Part shown: positions 62,720-64,000 of the stretch, piece after piece
Layout of the letters: every line of letters starts with the position of its first letter
How positions within the stretch are numbered: the stretch's first letter is position 1
Source: Pseudomonadota bacterium
GTDB taxonomy: Bacteria > Pseudomonadota > Alphaproteobacteria > Sphingomonadales > Sphingomonadaceae
Length of the DNA: 64,000 nucleotides
Direction of reading: 5' to 3'
Assembly (NCBI GenBank): GCA_018240865.1
Contig: JAFEEY010000042.1
Coordinates: 14,545 to 78,544, forward strand
Notes under the pieces: generated by a model
Told to the model about the DNA's origin: nothing
Databases searched by the model: none
The model's input: the letters and a program-made list of their open reading frames with translations, nothing else
Made by a program: the position numbers and the translations under genes

Positions 62720-63925
62720 ATGGATATGCAGGTTCTCGACACGCGCCGCGACTCAAGCGGCGGTTACAAGGTGGATGTCTCGCGCGGCTCGCGCGTGGGT
62801 CGGGTGTCGTCGGAATGGTTCTCCCGCCCCGATGATGAGCGGTTTTTGTCCTTGGGTGATCTTGCCCAATTAGTGCGCGGTCGGTCTGACCGGAGCCGGA
62901 CGCGGGTGGTCGAAACGGCGCTGATCCATGTCGAAGCAGACCGTAATGATCCGGAACACCTGGCTCTCATGTTGCCGGGTGCCGAGGCACCGGTGACGCC
63001 AACCCACTGGAGCTTTGGGCAACTGGCCAGCCAGGTAGGCGCTCCTGCTGCCTATCTGCGCCAACTTCCGGCGCCGCTCGCCGCGATCAATCTGCAATAC
63101 GGGCTGACCTCCAACCGAGCCGAGCAGATCAAGACGCTCGAAACCGACGATCCGGTTTCCGAGGGCCGCCTCGAACTGCGCGCCGTGACCGGCCCCGAAT
63201 ACGGCCGGATCTACGACCATGAGCTTGTCGAAGCGGTGCAGAAGATCGCTGGCAACGGCACCGGCGACACACGCTGGAAGGTTCCGGGCGTGCTCGACTG
63301 GTCGACCGGGGTCTACAACCCTAACGTCGACATCTCGAAGGATACGACCACGCTCTATGCGTCGGATCGCGACGTCTTCCTGTTTCTGGTTGATGATCTC
63401 AACCCGATCGAAGCCGGGCGGCTGCCCGACGGATCGCCAGATCTCTACTTCCGCGGGTTCTATTGCTGGAACTCCGAGGTCGGCGCCAAGACGCTCGGCA
63501 TGGCGAGCTTCTATCTGCGCGCGATCTGCCAGAACCGGAACCTGTGGGGCGTGGAGGACTTCGAAGAGATCAGCATCCGCCACAGCAAATATGCGGCGAA
63601 CCGCTTTGCCCATGAAGCCGAACCGGCGCTGCTGAACTTTGCCAATTCTTCGCCGCAGCCGTTCGTCAACGGTATAAAGACCGCCCGGGAGCGAATTGTC
63701 GCCCGCAGCGATGAAGATCGGCATGATTTCCTGCGCGCACGGGGATTCTCCAGGGCTGAAACCGGCCGGATCATCGAGACCGTCCTCGCCGAGGAAGGCC
63801 GACCGCCGGAATCGATCTTCGATTTCGTTCAGGGCATCACCGCGTTGGCGCGGTCCAAGGCCCATCAGGACGCCCGGCTCGACATGGAAGGCAAGGCCAA
63901 GAGGTTGCTCGACCGGGTGCACTAA
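62720..63925 (+). CDS. DUF932-family protein
   Basis: About 400 aa with the YGRIYDHELV, DVFLFLVDD and GFYCWNSEVG segments typical of DUF932. ATG 62720 chosen over the ORF-track start. Confidence 0.75.
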   Translation: MDMQVLDTRRDSSGGYKVDVSRGSRVGRVSSEWFSRPDDERFLSLGDLAQLVRGRSDRSRTRVVETALIHVEADRNDPEHLALMLPGAEAPVTPTHWSFGQLASQVGAPAAYLRQLPAPLAAINLQYGLTSNRAEQIKTLETDDPVSEGRLELRAVTGPEYGRIYDHELVEAVQKIAGNGTGDTRWKVPGVLDWSTGVYNPNVDISKDTTTLYASDRDVFLFLVDDLNPIEAGRLPDGSPDLYFRGFYCWNSEVGAKTLGMASFYLRAICQNRNLWGVEDFEEISIRHSKYAANRFAHEAEPALLNFANSSPQPFVNGIKTARERIVARSDEDRHDFLRARGFSRAETGRIIETVLAEEGRPPESIFDFVQGITALARSKAHQDARLDMEGKAKRLLDRVH

Positions 63926-64000
63926 GCCTGCCCGGGCCCAGCCTGTTACTCCTGCGTTGCGCTGCCTTCTCAGAGTGAGAGGGCGGCGCTTCGCTTCGTG

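Noticed and set aside
62870-63922. 350-aa minus-strand ORF
   Set aside because: It lies antisense to the DUF932 gene, whose translation carries the family-typical segments.
1-64000. Type IV secretion (mating-pair formation) genes, transposases, rRNA, intact tRNAs
   Set aside because: I looked for VirB4/VirB11-type Walker motifs, DDE transposase patterns and rRNA-like segments in the ORF track and the sequence. None was found. The T4SS genes are presumably outside this window.

Overview
GC-rich window (about 65% by eye), probably alphaproteobacterial: it has a GTTC-N7-GTTC SOS box and repABC-like ParA/ParB. Almost all of it is one conjugative, integrative element (ICE or integrative plasmid). 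No rRNA, CRISPR array or transposase was seen. All functional calls rest on motifs read by eye in the ORF track; no homology search was possible.

Layout, left to right:
1. A tyrosine recombinase cut by the window edge, then about 8 kb of accessory cargo. The cargo holds an XRE/ImmA-peptidase regulator with a PIN-like partner, a transglutaminase-like protein, a GIY-YIG fusion, a 471-aa protein with a HEPN-type Rx4H tail, and an HNH nuclease.
2. An imuA-imuB-dnaE2 mutagenesis cassette with an intact LexA box.
3. A second cargo block. It holds an uncharacterised ~544-aa protein plus a HEPN-motif protein in one operon, a divergent minimal PD-(D/E)xK nuclease, and a chain of translationally coupled small genes led by a DUF2726-like protein.
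4. An R388-type DNA-transfer module (RHH accessory protein, coupling protein, MOBF TrwC-like relaxase). About 650 bp of ORF-poor, repeat- and hairpin-rich DNA next to it is the likely oriT side.
5. A ~30-kb gene array, almost entirely on the minus strand and pointing at that oriT, which looks like a leading region. It carries:
   - ssb, DUF736, DUF2493-like and DUF3768-like genes and a Phd/MazF-like toxin-antitoxin pair;
   - a PP-loop (PAPS-reductase-like) enzyme next to a Mom-like GNAT-fold protein;
   - a complete PRTRC ubiquitin-like cassette (ThiF E1, JAB, E2-like, Ubl, ParB), preceded by a DpdA/TGT-like transglycosylase gene;
   - a secreted thermonuclease, ArdC, a large ParB-like protein, a 1407-aa methylase-helicase, and a toprim/Zn-finger protein.
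6. A replication and partition module: replication initiator, an iteron array with a perfect DnaA box, and parA/parB with three 16-bp palindromes between them.
7. A second tyrosine integrase followed by a 3' fragment of tRNA-Lys(CTT), which is an att core. A DUF932 gene lies beyond it.

Most interesting for follow-up:
- the PRTRC/DpdA-like/PP-loop/Mom-like block;
- the HEPN-containing module at 14.5-17.3 kb;
- two paralogous leader hairpin elements;
- a recurring CCCCCTCCCC intergenic box.
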